Source of the DNA: an uncultured Terriglobus sp.
GTDB lineage: Bacteria > Acidobacteriota > Terriglobia > Terriglobales > Acidobacteriaceae
Length of the DNA: 64,000 nucleotides
Reading direction: 5' to 3'
Assembly: GCA_964244665.1 (NCBI GenBank)
Contig: CAXTJO010000011.1
Coordinates: 430-64,429, forward strand
Shown here in pieces: positions 20,683-31,487 of the stretch; within the stretch, counting starts at the first letter, position 1, and each line of letters opens with the position of its first letter. The position numbers were made by a program, and so were the translations under genes. The notes below the pieces were generated by a model. The model saw only the letters and a program-made list of their open reading frames with translations, made no database searches and had not been told where the DNA came from.

Positions 20683-23394
20683 TCAGGGTTTAGGCTTGAG
20701 GGGTTCGATCTGCACGGTGGCGATGTGTGCCGGGTCGTCGCGCAGGCGTAGGTAGAGGGTGTGGCCGTCGGCGGGGCGGGGAACCGACAGACTGTCGAGA
20801 GCGAAGCCTGCCGGGACCTCCACGGCGGGGCTGAACGTGCTGCTGCCGGACACCGCGTCGATGAGAAACAGGTCGCTGCCGGCTAGGGTGCAGGGCGCGG
20901 GCGTCGCCGCTGTCTGGGTGTCCTGCGAGGCGGGCGGCGAGATATCTGTCGAGGCTGCAACTGTCTGGCTGGACGATCCTGCGCGCGCCACCGGAATGCG
21001 GTTGGTGCATGCGAGGGTGTGCAGTGACGGCGTACGTGTGAGGATGCCCAGCTGGAGCCAGTCGGAAGCTGTGCCGTCCGCCGAGACCGCGCGAAGCTCG
21101 AGGGGACCGAAGCCGGAGGGTCCGAAGGTGACAGCAGGCGTGATAAAGCCCAGGGCGGTCCGGGCGTCCTGCAGTACCAGGGTGCGGTCCTGCAGCGAGA
21201 GTGTGGTGGTGGCTGAGCCGTCGGTGAATGCCACTTCCAACTTTTCGGTCCGAGGAAATTTCGACGGCGTGTCTGAACGGACGGCGAGCGTGAGCTTTGC
21301 CTGCAGTGGGATGGATCTGGCGTCGCCAAGCGTGATGGGAAGGTCGGTCTGGACGGTGGACTGCGCTTTGGCGGCCAGCAACGTGATGAGTGGCCGCGCG
21401 GCTTCGACATGGTACGGCACAGTGAGCGAGCGGCCATCCTGCAGAGCCAAAACGGCCGATCCACGATCGCCGCCGGATTTGAAGGCGGGCTTTTTGTCGG
21501 GAGATGACGGCTCAAGACGCAGCAGGCGGTCGTCCGCGACGGCCTGTGCTGCCGGGGCAAGCGAGACGCCGTTTACCGTTGCGGATTTCACCCCTGCGAG
21601 ACCGGTTCCACGCAGCACGAGGTAGGCGTCGCCTGCGTGAGCCGTCGCATCCTCGATACGCACTGCATCGGCGTAAGCGGTGAGCGCGACCGTCTGCGGC
21701 TGTGCATCGCCGTACTGCTGTACCGCCAGGCTAAGACCGCCAGGTGCCGATTTTTCCAGCGGCAGCTTGACTGTAATGAGCGGGGTACCGTGCCCTTCGT
21801 CGGTATGCCAGTCCAGTGGATGCGTGTTGCCGCTTTCCACCAGCGACACAGACGAAACGCAGGCCGTGCCGGTGCTGGAGAGCGATGCCGTACTGGAACG
21901 GCCGGCGAAAAGGTCTCCCTGTGTTGCGACGGTCCACTGATGGCCCGGCATGCGTTGCAGGGCGAGTGTCGGACCACTGAAGGCGTCGAATCCCAGGTAG
22001 CCCCTTACGACGCCTGTGCCCTGGATGGGACCGGAGAGTGACGTAACAGATGTGGCTGGCTGGCTGGCGGCAGATGCAACCGCCGGAACGGGCGCAGCGA
22101 CGTGGGGCTGCGATGCCGCGACACCCAGAGCCGTACCGGCGACGGTGTCCGCCGCATGCGCTTCTGGGGCCACGGCGGAGAGTGCCTTGCGCGGGAAGAC
22201 GTCGCTGACCATCAACCCGCCCTCGTAAGCATTGGGTATCAGCGGCAGATCGGTGCGGCCGTCCGGGCCAGGTTCGTTGAGGTGAAGAACCAGGTCATGC
22301 GCGAAGCCGGTGGCAAAGACGAGCGGCGCGCCGTTGAGTGGCAGCACGAGGTTTGGCTGCAACAGGCATGCCACGTGGCGCGCATCCTGCGATTGCAGGG
22401 GCGGCGGTACTGCGGTTTGGATCGCCGGGAGTGCGATCACGATGACTGACTTTGGATTGTTGAACGAGGGTGCGGTGTTCAGGCGCAGGTTCAGCGCATC
22501 CTCGTCGGGAAAGGCGATGGCGGGGATGTACTGGTATTTGGCCGTGTGCAGGCCGGTGAGCAGCCGCACCACGTCGAGCACCGTTCCCACGTAGGCGGAG
22601 TATGCGGCTGCACCGCCGACATTCGCGACGGGCGTACCGGCAACGGCACCGATGAGGTCGGACGATGGGCCTGTGGTGAGAACCTGCGCCATGGTCTGGC
22701 CGTGGCCGTCGTCAAGCAGAAGGGCCGAGCCGGTCTGGCTGAGGCATGCGGCCTGCAGATCGGGAGCACGCTTGAAGCAGTCATCGTTCGGCTTGAGCTG
22801 CAGTGTGGCCGCAAGTTTGTGACTGTGGTCGAGCAGGTCTGCGGGCGAGCCTGGAGGGACCTGCTTGATCGCCTGAACATACCGCTCGATGCGCGACTGT
22901 TCGAACGATGCCTCATTCAAATCCTGCGACGCACGGACGAAAGTGCCGGGCCGGCCGCGTACGGCGGACTTGAGGGTGGAGAAGTCTCCGCCTGTTTCCG
23001 GGGCGATGAAGATGAGCGCCTGCTGAGCCTCGTCGGGCACAGTGACGGAGACGCCTTCGCTGTGGGTGTGGTCCTTCCAGGTTTCAACGCGGGTGAACCA
23101 TTTGTCCGGCGGCGGATTGGTGGTGCCGCGCAGGAAGGCGATGACGAGCAGCAGGTGCACGGACTGCGACGATGGCAGGTCTGCGCGGACCTGAAGCTTG
23201 TCGCCGGGCTGCAGGTTGGGCACACTAGCGATGGGCAAGGACTTGTTGCCGCGTGTGACGTGCACGTCGACACTGGGCCCGAGCAGGTCGAAACGCCCTG
23301 TTTGTGCCTGCGCCGAAACGGCCAGAAGCGCGATGGACGCGGCTGCCAAAAGGGTTAGCCGGCCCGGGGCCGTGCGCTGGATTTGTTCAGGCAT
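20683..23394 (-). CDS. Large secreted hypothetical protein (903 aa)
   Basis: Signal peptide ending AQA; long ORF with coding-like bias; beta-rich C-half; no family recognised. Confidence 0.8.
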   Translation of the reverse strand: MPEQIQRTAPGRLTLLAAASIALLAVSAQAQTGRFDLLGPSVDVHVTRGNKSLPIASVPNLQPGDKLQVRADLPSSQSVHLLLVIAFLRGTTNPPPDKWFTRVETWKDHTHSEGVSVTVPDEAQQALIFIAPETGGDFSTLKSAVRGRPGTFVRASQDLNEASFEQSRIERYVQAIKQVPPGSPADLLDHSHKLAATLQLKPNDDCFKRAPDLQAACLSQTGSALLLDDGHGQTMAQVLTTGPSSDLIGAVAGTPVANVGGAAAYSAYVGTVLDVVRLLTGLHTAKYQYIPAIAFPDEDALNLRLNTAPSFNNPKSVIVIALPAIQTAVPPPLQSQDARHVACLLQPNLVLPLNGAPLVFATGFAHDLVLHLNEPGPDGRTDLPLIPNAYEGGLMVSDVFPRKALSAVAPEAHAADTVAGTALGVAASQPHVAAPVPAVASAASQPATSVTSLSGPIQGTGVVRGYLGFDAFSGPTLALQRMPGHQWTVATQGDLFAGRSSTASLSSTGTACVSSVSLVESGNTHPLDWHTDEGHGTPLITVKLPLEKSAPGGLSLAVQQYGDAQPQTVALTAYADAVRIEDATAHAGDAYLVLRGTGLAGVKSATVNGVSLAPAAQAVADDRLLRLEPSSPDKKPAFKSGGDRGSAVLALQDGRSLTVPYHVEAARPLITLLAAKAQSTVQTDLPITLGDARSIPLQAKLTLAVRSDTPSKFPRTEKLEVAFTDGSATTTLSLQDRTLVLQDARTALGFITPAVTFGPSGFGPLELRAVSADGTASDWLQLGILTRTPSLHTLACTNRIPVARAGSSSQTVAASTDISPPASQDTQTAATPAPCTLAGSDLFLIDAVSGSSTFSPAVEVPAGFALDSLSVPRPADGHTLYLRLRDDPAHIATVQIEPLKPKP

Positions 23395-23475
23395 CAGTCA
23401 TTAGACGGCCAGAGCGGGCGCGGCGTCGCATGAAACGGGAACCCTGTAATAGTTGAAGTGCCAGCAAGGGACGGA

Positions 23476-24258
23476 TTAGACAAGCGGCGTCTGAGAGACG
23501 GCATTGAGCAGGTCTGTGGGGGACATGCGTACGGACGGGTGGTCGCTGGCGATGACGCCGTCGCGGATGGTGACGACACGGTGCGCGTGCTCCGCGATGT
23601 CAGGCTCATGCGTGACGAGCACAATGGTGTTGCCGCGACGGTGCAGTTCTTCGAAAAGGCCCATGATTTCAACGCCGGTTTTGCTGTCGAGATTACCGGT
23701 GGGCTCGTCGGCAAGGATGATGGATGGCGAGTTGACGAGAGCACGCGCAATGGCCACGCGCTGTCGCTGGCCGCCGGACATTTCGTTGGGCTTGTGGCTC
23801 ATGCGGGTTCCCAGGCCGACCGACTCCAGCACTGCCTTAGCGCGCTCGATGCGGGCGACGGAACCGGTGCCGTTGTAAATCAGCGGCAGCTCTACGTTGT
23901 GCAGGGCCGTTGCGCGCGCGAGCAGGTTGAATGTCTGGAAAACGAAGCCGATTTCTTTATTGCGAATGCGGGCCAATTCATCGTCATTCAGGCGCGAGAC
24001 GTCGTGACCGTTGAGGCTATAGGTACCCTGCGTGGGCGAATCAAGGCAGCCGATCAGGTTCATGAGCGTGCTTTTGCCGGAGCCGGACGGGCCCATGATG
24101 GCGACGTACTCGTTGTGACGGATACGCAGGTTAACACCGCGGAGAGCGTGCACCTCCTGGTCGCCCATGCTGTAGGTTTTCCACAGGTTATCGGCCACGA
24201 TCACGTATCTGGAATCGGTGTCTGTGGCCTGCGAAAGGGGTGCGGTTACCGTTGCCAT
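23476..24258 (-). CDS. ABC transporter ATP-binding protein, MacB/LolD type
   Basis: [35 protein letters not shown]. Confidence 0.95.
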   Translation of the reverse strand: MATVTAPLSQATDTDSRYVIVADNLWKTYSMGDQEVHALRGVNLRIRHNEYVAIMGPSGSGKSTLMNLIGCLDSPTQGTYSLNGHDVSRLNDDELARIRNKEIGFVFQTFNLLARATALHNVELPLIYNGTGSVARIERAKAVLESVGLGTRMSHKPNEMSGGQRQRVAIARALVNSPSIILADEPTGNLDSKTGVEIMGLFEELHRRGNTIVLVTHEPDIAEHAHRVVTIRDGVIASDHPSVRMSPTDLLNAVSQTPLV

Positions 24259-24321
24259 GCTGATGTGATCCGTTCCGCTGGTGGACTGCTGTGAGAGTTG
24301 GTTTGGGTCGGGCTGTGTTGA

Positions 24322-25734
24322 CTAGGAGGCGGCGTCCGGCCCACCGGCATCGGCGGAGGTATCGAGCTTGATCGGTGTGCCGCTATGCAGGGTGCGCAGG
24401 GTTTTGAAGCGGCCGCTTACGACCTCGTCACCGGCGTGAAGGCCAGAGGTCACCTGGATCTCGGTAGCACCGGTCACGCCGGTGTCGACCGGGTGAAATT
24501 CGGCGTGCATACCGCTTTTTTCGTGCACCACCACGAAAACACCCTGCTGCTGCGCGTCGGCTCCACGAGTGGCGGCGGAGGCTGTGCCAGGATGCTCCGG
24601 CAGCTTTCCCTTGTTTTTTGCGTACGCTGCTTCCTGCGCGGGGTCGCGGGTGATGAGCGCCTGCAGTGGCAGCACGACGGCATCGTCGACCGATGCCGTG
24701 CGAATTTTGGCGGTGGTGGAGAGACCGGGCCGCAGGTCGTCGTTGTTTTGGCTGCTGACGTTGTCGAGTGTCACGACGATTTTAAAATCCTTGGCTTCTT
24801 CGGTGCCTGTCGTGGACTGGGAGGTCGCGATGCCGGTGGTGCGCAGCAGCGCCTGGTCGCCGACCTCGGTCACATGGCCCTTGTAGACCTTGCCGGGAAG
24901 AGCATCGACCGTAACGTCAGCGGCCTGCCCAAGCTTTACGCTCACGACGTCGGTTTCGTCCACCTTGACTTCTGCGGTGATCACGCTCATGTCGGCGACG
25001 GTCATGAGCGTGGAGCCCTGCGCGTTCTGGATACCTGTCACCATGGTCTCGCCTTCGCGGACGGGAACATTCGTGACCAAGCCGTCGTACGGCGCGCGCG
25101 AGATCGTTTTATCGAGCGCGTCATAGTTTGCCCGCTGCGAGGCGACTGCCTGGTCTACGTGACCGCGGGCCGAGTCGGTCTGTGCCTTGGCTTGTGAGAC
25201 CGCGGCGTCACGCTGCTGCACAGTTGCGACGTCCACGTCGTATGCCGCCTTGCGCTGATCGAAATCCTGCTTGGAGACCAGCTTGTTCTGGTAGAGCTGC
25301 TGGTAGCGGTCGAAGTCGAACTTCTTCTGTTCCAGGTCGGCCTTGCTCTGGGCGAGGTTGGCCGCCGCTGTTCTTTCCGCAGCAATGAAGCTGGCTACGT
25401 CGGTCTTAGAAGCGGAAATAGAGGCAGTTTGCGCGGCGACGGTGGAGGTCGGCTGCACATTTTCGAGCGTCGCCAGGACCTGACCTGCTTTTACGTGATC
25501 GCCTTCCTTCGCGTACAGGTGCGTGATGCGGCCAAAGGCGGTAGCACCGATGTTGACGTAAGTTTTGGGCTTGATCTGGCCGGTGCCGCTTACGACGGCG
25601 ACCACGTTCTGGCGCGCGATTTTGGCGGTTGTGACGGCGGTCACGTTGCCGCGGTTGTGCAGAACGGTGCCGACAATCACGCCTGCCAGCACCAGCACCG
25701 CCACAAGACTGAACACGATTTTCTTGGTTGTCAT
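24322..25734 (-). CDS. MacA/HlyD-family periplasmic adaptor subunit
   Basis: N-terminal TM anchor, lipoyl halves (GRITHLYAKEGDHVKAGQVL; APYDGLV), coiled-coil hairpin, VDETDV, LRPGLS. Confidence 0.92.
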   Translation of the reverse strand: MTTKKIVFSLVAVLVLAGVIVGTVLHNRGNVTAVTTAKIARQNVVAVVSGTGQIKPKTYVNIGATAFGRITHLYAKEGDHVKAGQVLATLENVQPTSTVAAQTASISASKTDVASFIAAERTAAANLAQSKADLEQKKFDFDRYQQLYQNKLVSKQDFDQRKAAYDVDVATVQQRDAAVSQAKAQTDSARGHVDQAVASQRANYDALDKTISRAPYDGLVTNVPVREGETMVTGIQNAQGSTLMTVADMSVITAEVKVDETDVVSVKLGQAADVTVDALPGKVYKGHVTEVGDQALLRTTGIATSQSTTGTEEAKDFKIVVTLDNVSSQNNDDLRPGLSTTAKIRTASVDDAVVLPLQALITRDPAQEAAYAKNKGKLPEHPGTASAATRGADAQQQGVFVVVHEKSGMHAEFHPVDTGVTGATEIQVTSGLHAGDEVVSGRFKTLRTLHSGTPIKLDTSADAGGPDAAS

Positions 25735-25791
25735 ACGCTCCACCAGGCCCGCTTTGCCTGCGTACCTGCCCATATTCTGTATGCAGAGTGT

Positions 25792-25819
25792 AGTACGGCG
25801 ACCGCGCTGTTGTAGTTCC
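25792..25819 (-). promoter_or_regulatory. ECF-sigma-type promoter upstream of macA-like gene
   Basis: Minus strand GGAACT-N16-CGTACT, 58 bp upstream of ATG 25734; same motif precedes tolC. Confidence 0.65.
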
Positions 25820-26021
25820 GTTGTTGCTGTATTTCCGCTCGAGCGCACCAGTCGCCGCGGTTGCTATCGTTCTGGGGTTGGTTGCGTCACATCCACCAGC
25901 AATCCAGTCCCATGCGTACAGGAGGCACCCGGATGAATTCTTTTGCTGCAGGGTTGTTCGCAATGCGCGGGAAACTACTAGAATGGGCTGGAGCTGCTTT
26001 AGGCTCGGGAGTTGGCCTTTG

Positions 26022-27797
26022 ATGATGCAGGGTTTCAGGACAAGGGGCGCCGCGCTCGCGCTGCTGGCAGGATTTGCAACGGGCTCCATCGCCTTGAACG
26101 CCCAGACCGCGACACAGGCGGCAACCCCGTCGACAGTGCCACCGGTTAGCGACCCCAACGGGAAGGTTGTGAAGTCACCGCCGGCGGAAGAAAGACCCGA
26201 TCCTACCAAGCGTCGCCTGTCGGACCGCGAGCAGGTGCAGCAGCAGAAATACCTGCGCAGCGAATTAAAGGGGGATAGCCCCTGGAAGAAGTGGCTGGAC
26301 CAGGATGTTGTCTGGATTATCTCGGATCAGGAAGTACAGGCGTTCAAGAGCCTGAAAAATGACGAGGAGCGTGAGCAGTTCGTCGAGAACTTTTGGTTGC
26401 GCCGCAATCCGAATCCGGAGTCGCCGGACAACGAGTTCCGCGAGCAGCATTACGCTCGAATTGCATATGCGAATGAGCACTATGCCGCAGGCAAGCCCGG
26501 CTGGAAGACTGACCGCGGCCACATCTATATCTCATATGGCAAGCCCGATTCGATCGATTCGCACCCGAGTGGCGGTAACTACGAGCGGCCTATCGAAGAA
26601 GGCGGCGGCAGCACGTCGACTTTTCCGTTTGAGGTGTGGCACTACCGCTATCTGGAAGGTGTCGGTGACAACCTCGATCTGGAGTTTGTCGACAGCTGCA
26701 ACTGCGGCGACTATCACTACACTATTGACCGATCTGAGAAGGATGCGCTGAAGCATACGCCTGGTGCCGGTCTGACACTGTATGAGCAGACGGGGCAGGC
26801 GGAAAAGAAAGACCGGTTTTCGGGTAGTGGACTTGAGCAGCTCGGTGCGGGGCCCATGGCGGCGTCGCAGCAAAGCAAACAGTTTGACCGTATCTCGTTG
26901 GCGTCAAAGATCTTTGCACCGCCCGTTATCAAGTTCAAAGATTTGGAGCAGTACATTGGCTCTGCGCAGATACTGAAGGGACCGCCGTTTCTCTTCGATG
27001 TTCGGACCGACTACGTGAAGGTGACGAACGATACCGTTTTGATGCCGTTGACACTGCAGATACGGAATAAAGACATCACGTTTGTGACGAAGGACGGCGT
27101 CTCGACGGGCACTGTCAACATCCTGGGCCAGGTGTCGAATATCAATCACCGAATCGTGCAGACGTTTGAGGAATCCGTGGTGGTGCAGGTGCCCAGCGAG
27201 TTCCTGGAGCGCGAGCAGACCAACAGAAACCTGTACTGGAAGGCGCTTCCGCTACAGTCCGGTATTTACAAAGTCGATATCGCCATCAAGGACGTGAATA
27301 ATCCAGATCACGTCGGTACCTGGAAGCGCTCGGTCAATGTCCCGAAGTATGACGACGAACGGCTATCGGCGTCTTCGCTGATTCTGGCGTCAAGCATGGT
27401 GCGCGTTCCGACCAAGGAGATTGGCGCCGGCAACTTCGTCATTGGGAACACGAAGGTGATTCCCAGCGTTTCGACCGGACCGACAGTGCCGGTGAGCTTT
27501 AAGCGCAGTCAGAGCCTGAACTTCTGGATGCAGGTGTATAACCTGGGCATCGACGAGAAGAGCCGTCAAAATAACGCCAGCATTCAATACCAGGTGATGG
27601 ACCTGAGTACGAACAAGGCGGTGCTGGATGCATCCGAGTCGACGGCAAAGGTGAACCCAAACGCAGACCAGGTGACGTTAGAAAAGAGTATGCCCCTGGC
27701 CGCTCTGCAGCCGGGTAAATATCAGGTGTTGATCAAGATTAACGATGGTGTGGCAAAGCAACAAATTTCGCAGTCCGCACCCTTTACGGTGGAATAA
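26022..27797 (+). CDS. GWxTD domain-containing protein
   Basis: Signal peptide; FWLRRNP..NEFREQHYARIAYAN..PGWKTDRGHIYISYGKPD..FEVWHYRY. Confidence 0.9.
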   Translation: MMQGFRTRGAALALLAGFATGSIALNAQTATQAATPSTVPPVSDPNGKVVKSPPAEERPDPTKRRLSDREQVQQQKYLRSELKGDSPWKKWLDQDVVWIISDQEVQAFKSLKNDEEREQFVENFWLRRNPNPESPDNEFREQHYARIAYANEHYAAGKPGWKTDRGHIYISYGKPDSIDSHPSGGNYERPIEEGGGSTSTFPFEVWHYRYLEGVGDNLDLEFVDSCNCGDYHYTIDRSEKDALKHTPGAGLTLYEQTGQAEKKDRFSGSGLEQLGAGPMAASQQSKQFDRISLASKIFAPPVIKFKDLEQYIGSAQILKGPPFLFDVRTDYVKVTNDTVLMPLTLQIRNKDITFVTKDGVSTGTVNILGQVSNINHRIVQTFEESVVVQVPSEFLEREQTNRNLYWKALPLQSGIYKVDIAIKDVNNPDHVGTWKRSVNVPKYDDERLSASSLILASSMVRVPTKEIGAGNFVIGNTKVIPSVSTGPTVPVSFKRSQSLNFWMQVYNLGIDEKSRQNNASIQYQVMDLSTNKAVLDASESTAKVNPNADQVTLEKSMPLAALQPGKYQVLIKINDGVAKQQISQSAPFTVE

Positions 27798-27932
27798 CGT
27801 CGTATTAAGGGCCGCAAGTGACAGCAGGGTGACCGGGCGCAGAAACAAGCGAGACCATGGCATCTACGGTAGGAGTTCCAGGTTCGCACGGTTGAACTTC
27901 TGGAGGGGGACGGACAGGGGATTCGAGACACG

Positions 27933-29720
27933 GTGAAGCGGTTTACGTTTCAGTTCGGAAGCTCCGTTGCACTGGCTTTGGTGCCACCAGTGTGTCTCTG
28001 TGCGTTGTTTGCAGCGCCTGCTTTGCAGTCTCAAAAAAGACCCAGTCAGTTTGCCGGCGGATCCGTGACAGGGACCATTGTGGACACGGAGGGCGTGCCA
28101 CAGATGGGAGCACTTGTTCAGTTGCTGCTGCCCGATACCAGCATGGCCGCCACGGCGATGACCGACATGCACGGACATTACCATCTGGCCGGTGTGGCTC
28201 CCGGTGCCTATCGTGTTCGCGTGAGTGCTGCACTGTTTTTACCAGTTGTGCGTCGACACCTGCTAATCGCCGGCACGACGCGTGCTGTTGTGAATATGAC
28301 CTTATCGACCATGCTTTCAACAACCGAATGGTTGCCGGCAACGCGACGTACCGCCGCGGACGCCGATGACGACTGGCTATGGACGATGCGCTCGTCCACG
28401 ATGCGCCCGGTGTTGCGGCTGGTAACGGATGAAGATGGAGCTGCAGTCCCCGAGTCGGCGACGAGCGTTTCAAGCAGTTCGGAACAGCCGCGCGGTTTGA
28501 TGACTGCCGGCCGTGTTACGGTGCAGGACAACGAAGGCGGATTTGCGCGTGGCGGCACACACAACGTGTTCTCGCTCGTGCGTCGCAGTGGCGATACTGT
28601 GTCCTTTGTTCGTGCGGACTTGTCCGGTCCCCGAACGCCGTTCCCGGTGAGTCCATCTGCCGATTTGGCGGTGGGCTGGGAGCGCACTCTGCCGTTCAGC
28701 GGCACGTCGCGTACCGTTCTAAGCTACAGTTCGCATCCTGAAGTGCAGGGGAATGGCATCGGACTGTTTGCCGGGCCAGCCGGCCTGCAATCTGCGGTTC
28801 TGCGCAATGCGCAACGGATGGACCTGGGCGATAGTGTTCGCGTGGATGCCGGTACAGTTACAAGGGACGTGAGCCTCGGCGGGAATAACTTTGTCGTTGA
28901 GCCTTTTCTTCGCGTTGCTGTTCGTCCGTCCAATGGTGTCGTGATTGCTTACTCGTTCACAGAGGCGCGCGGCAATGAGTCCATCGACGACCTGGACCGC
29001 GTCAGACCCGCGTCCCCAGCGGCACTGCTGCACAACGGACGTGTGCAGAGCGAGCGTGGCAGTCATCATGCGTTGAGTTTTTCCGGCAAGACACCTGGGC
29101 GGGGTGTGGTGGAGTTCGCGGTGTTTCACGATCGCTTCGTTTCGCCCACGATTACAGGCATCGGCAGCCTGCAAGCGGTGGATGCCGGATCTGTTGCGAG
29201 CGCCACGGATCCGACAACTGCAAGTTTTCTGGTTGCCGCTCGCAACTATCGTGCCAGCGGCGTACGCATTGCGATTCAGCAGCCGCTGACCAGCAGTTTT
29301 TCGGTCGACGGTTCCTTCGCCGACGGCCAAGCCCTGCACGCAACGGCAGCCGCCGATGCCGTGTTGCAACAGGCACTGGCACGCCTCGCGAGTTCTAACA
29401 CGCTGTCTGCCAGCGTGGGCGTGAATGGGAATTTTCAGCGTTCCGGCACGGCGGTACGGACCGGATACCGCTGGCAGCCGCAGGACACACTGACCGCTGT
29501 CGACCGTTTTGGCGCCGCGGACGATACGGCGTACCTACACTGCCAGATACGGCAATCCCTGCGTGCGCTACCTTTGCTACCCGCCAATTTAGAAGCTGTG
29601 TTGGAGGTGCAAAATTTGCTGGAACAGGGCTATACGCCATTTGTTTCGCATGATGGACAGACACTTTATCTCGCGCAATCTCCGCGTGTTTTGCAGGCTG
29701 GACTGTCTTTTTCGTTCTAA
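27933..29720 (+). CDS. Carboxypeptidase-regulatory-like domain protein, probable outer-membrane beta-barrel
   Basis: GTIVDTEGVPQMGALV...TDMHGHY...PGAYRV N-domain; C-terminal QAGLSFSF beta-signal-like end. Confidence 0.78.
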   Translation: MKRFTFQFGSSVALALVPPVCLCALFAAPALQSQKRPSQFAGGSVTGTIVDTEGVPQMGALVQLLLPDTSMAATAMTDMHGHYHLAGVAPGAYRVRVSAALFLPVVRRHLLIAGTTRAVVNMTLSTMLSTTEWLPATRRTAADADDDWLWTMRSSTMRPVLRLVTDEDGAAVPESATSVSSSSEQPRGLMTAGRVTVQDNEGGFARGGTHNVFSLVRRSGDTVSFVRADLSGPRTPFPVSPSADLAVGWERTLPFSGTSRTVLSYSSHPEVQGNGIGLFAGPAGLQSAVLRNAQRMDLGDSVRVDAGTVTRDVSLGGNNFVVEPFLRVAVRPSNGVVIAYSFTEARGNESIDDLDRVRPASPAALLHNGRVQSERGSHHALSFSGKTPGRGVVEFAVFHDRFVSPTITGIGSLQAVDAGSVASATDPTTASFLVAARNYRASGVRIAIQQPLTSSFSVDGSFADGQALHATAAADAVLQQALARLASSNTLSASVGVNGNFQRSGTAVRTGYRWQPQDTLTAVDRFGAADDTAYLHCQIRQSLRALPLLPANLEAVLEVQNLLEQGYTPFVSHDGQTLYLAQSPRVLQAGLSFSF

Positions 29721-29817
29721 GCCGCAGAATTGCGACCACAGGCGGTCTATGTTACCTTAATCGAAGCACGTGTGCGGCGGAGTCGAGATCAGGTGTTCTC
29801 CTCTGACTGTACACATT

Positions 29818-29893
29818 GGACGCGTAGCTCAACTGGCAGAGCATTCGACTCTTAATCGACAGGTTGTAGGTTCGATTCCTACCGCGTCCACCA
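29818..29893 (+). tRNA. tRNA-Lys (CTT)
   Basis: GGACGCG/CGCGTCC acceptor stem, anticodon loop CT-CTT-AA, GGTTCGATTCC T-loop, encoded CCA; 76 nt. Confidence 0.96.
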
Positions 29894-30035
29894 TCCCCTC
29901 CGCAGTTATTCAATACTTGCGCCGGTGAGTTTGATCTACAGCGGGTTAGAGTCATTTGAGATCTGGTCTGCACAGCCCTGAGCCTGTGCGGTGCGTCTCA
30001 CGTGTGTCGTTGTATAAATCCTCGTTTGAGGCACT

Positions 30036-31487
30036 ATGATTCAGTCCACCCGACGCCGTGCCACCGGCCCGATTCTTGCCGCAATCGTTTTTATCGTTCT
30101 GGTGAATGCATTTTTTGCGTTTGCAGCGGTTCACAGCCTGCTGCAGAGCGAGTATTGGCTGTCGCACACCTGGCAGGTCATCGGGCAAGTGGAAGCGGTG
30201 ATGAACAGTGCGACCGAGGCTGAAACCGGTGTGCGCGGCTACGTGATTACCGGGGATGGGCAGTACCTGCATCCTTTTCTGGATGCCCGAAGCCGCATCG
30301 TGAAGCAGACCGACGAGTTCGCCTCTTTAACCGCCGACAATCCTGGCCAAAAGGTGAATGCGAATAATATGCGCACCGTTGTGCAAAGTCGCTTGAAGCG
30401 GCTGCAGGGTGGCGTGGATGTTCGTCGCGAGAAGGGCTTCGAGGCTGCCCGCGCTCGTGTGCTGCAGGGCGATGGGCTTGCCGAAATGACGCACCTTCAT
30501 GCGATCGCAGCGGAGGCGGAGGCGGAAGAGCGAAGGCTACTGACGCTTCGCATGGAAGACCAGCATCGCAGCGGCGTGCGTGCCTATATCGCCACGGGGA
30601 TCGCTGGAAGTCTTGACCTGCTTTTTATCATTTTGATCTTCCGCTACTTGTCGCGCGAGCGTTTGCTGCGCTTTGCGTCGGAGGACAATCTTGTCCAGCT
30701 TTCGAGAGCCAACGAGAAGATTGCTCAAACTTCCGCCGAGTTACAGGCTCTGAACTCTGAACTGGAGGAGCGCGTGCGGCAACGCACCGCAGAGCTGGAG
30801 AGCACCAACCGGGAGCTTGAGGCGTTCAGCTATTCTGTGTCGCACGACCTACGTGCACCGCTGCGCACCATCGACGGGTTCAGCCTGGCGCTGGAAGAAG
30901 ATTACGTGGACGCCGTGGATTCTACGGGCCGCGACTACATCAAGCGTGTGCGGGCCGGGGTGCAGCGCATGGGTGGATTGATCGACGCGCTTTTGCAGCT
31001 TAGCCGCATAACGCGATCTGAGGTGAACCGATCCGAGGTGGACTTGACGCGTCTTGTGGAGTCGGTGGCGGGAAACCTGCGCGACGAGAATCCAGACCAG
31101 ATTCTGCATTTCACCATACAACCGGAGATGCATGCCAATGCAGATCCTGCCCTGCTGCGAGTCGCGCTAGAGAATCTGATGGGGAACGCAGTCAAGTTCA
31201 GCTCGCGCAAGGCCGAGAGCAAGATCGCAGTGCGGTTCGACGAGGTGAAGAAGGCGTATCTTGTCGAGGACAACGGTGCCGGATTTGACATGAATTATTC
31301 CAACAAGCTTTTCAATGCATTCAATCGGCTGCACGGCGATAAAGACTTTAAAGGTTCCGGTATTGGCCTTGCGACAGTGGCGCGCGTGGTTCGCCGCCAC
31401 CATGGCACCATCTGGGCGGAGAGTGAGGTGAGCCGTGGCGCGTGCTTCTGGTTTACGCTAGGATCAGACCATGCCCGAGTCGGTTAA
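30036..31487 (+). CDS. CHASE3 sensor histidine kinase
   Basis: TM-CHASE3 (AETGVRGYVITGD..YL.PF)-TM; FSYSVSHDLRAPLR H-box; DNGAGF, GSGIGLA. Confidence 0.93.
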   Translation: MIQSTRRRATGPILAAIVFIVLVNAFFAFAAVHSLLQSEYWLSHTWQVIGQVEAVMNSATEAETGVRGYVITGDGQYLHPFLDARSRIVKQTDEFASLTADNPGQKVNANNMRTVVQSRLKRLQGGVDVRREKGFEAARARVLQGDGLAEMTHLHAIAAEAEAEERRLLTLRMEDQHRSGVRAYIATGIAGSLDLLFIILIFRYLSRERLLRFASEDNLVQLSRANEKIAQTSAELQALNSELEERVRQRTAELESTNRELEAFSYSVSHDLRAPLRTIDGFSLALEEDYVDAVDSTGRDYIKRVRAGVQRMGGLIDALLQLSRITRSEVNRSEVDLTRLVESVAGNLRDENPDQILHFTIQPEMHANADPALLRVALENLMGNAVKFSSRKAESKIAVRFDEVKKAYLVEDNGAGFDMNYSNKLFNAFNRLHGDKDFKGSGIGLATVARVVRRHHGTIWAESEVSRGACFWFTLGSDHARVG

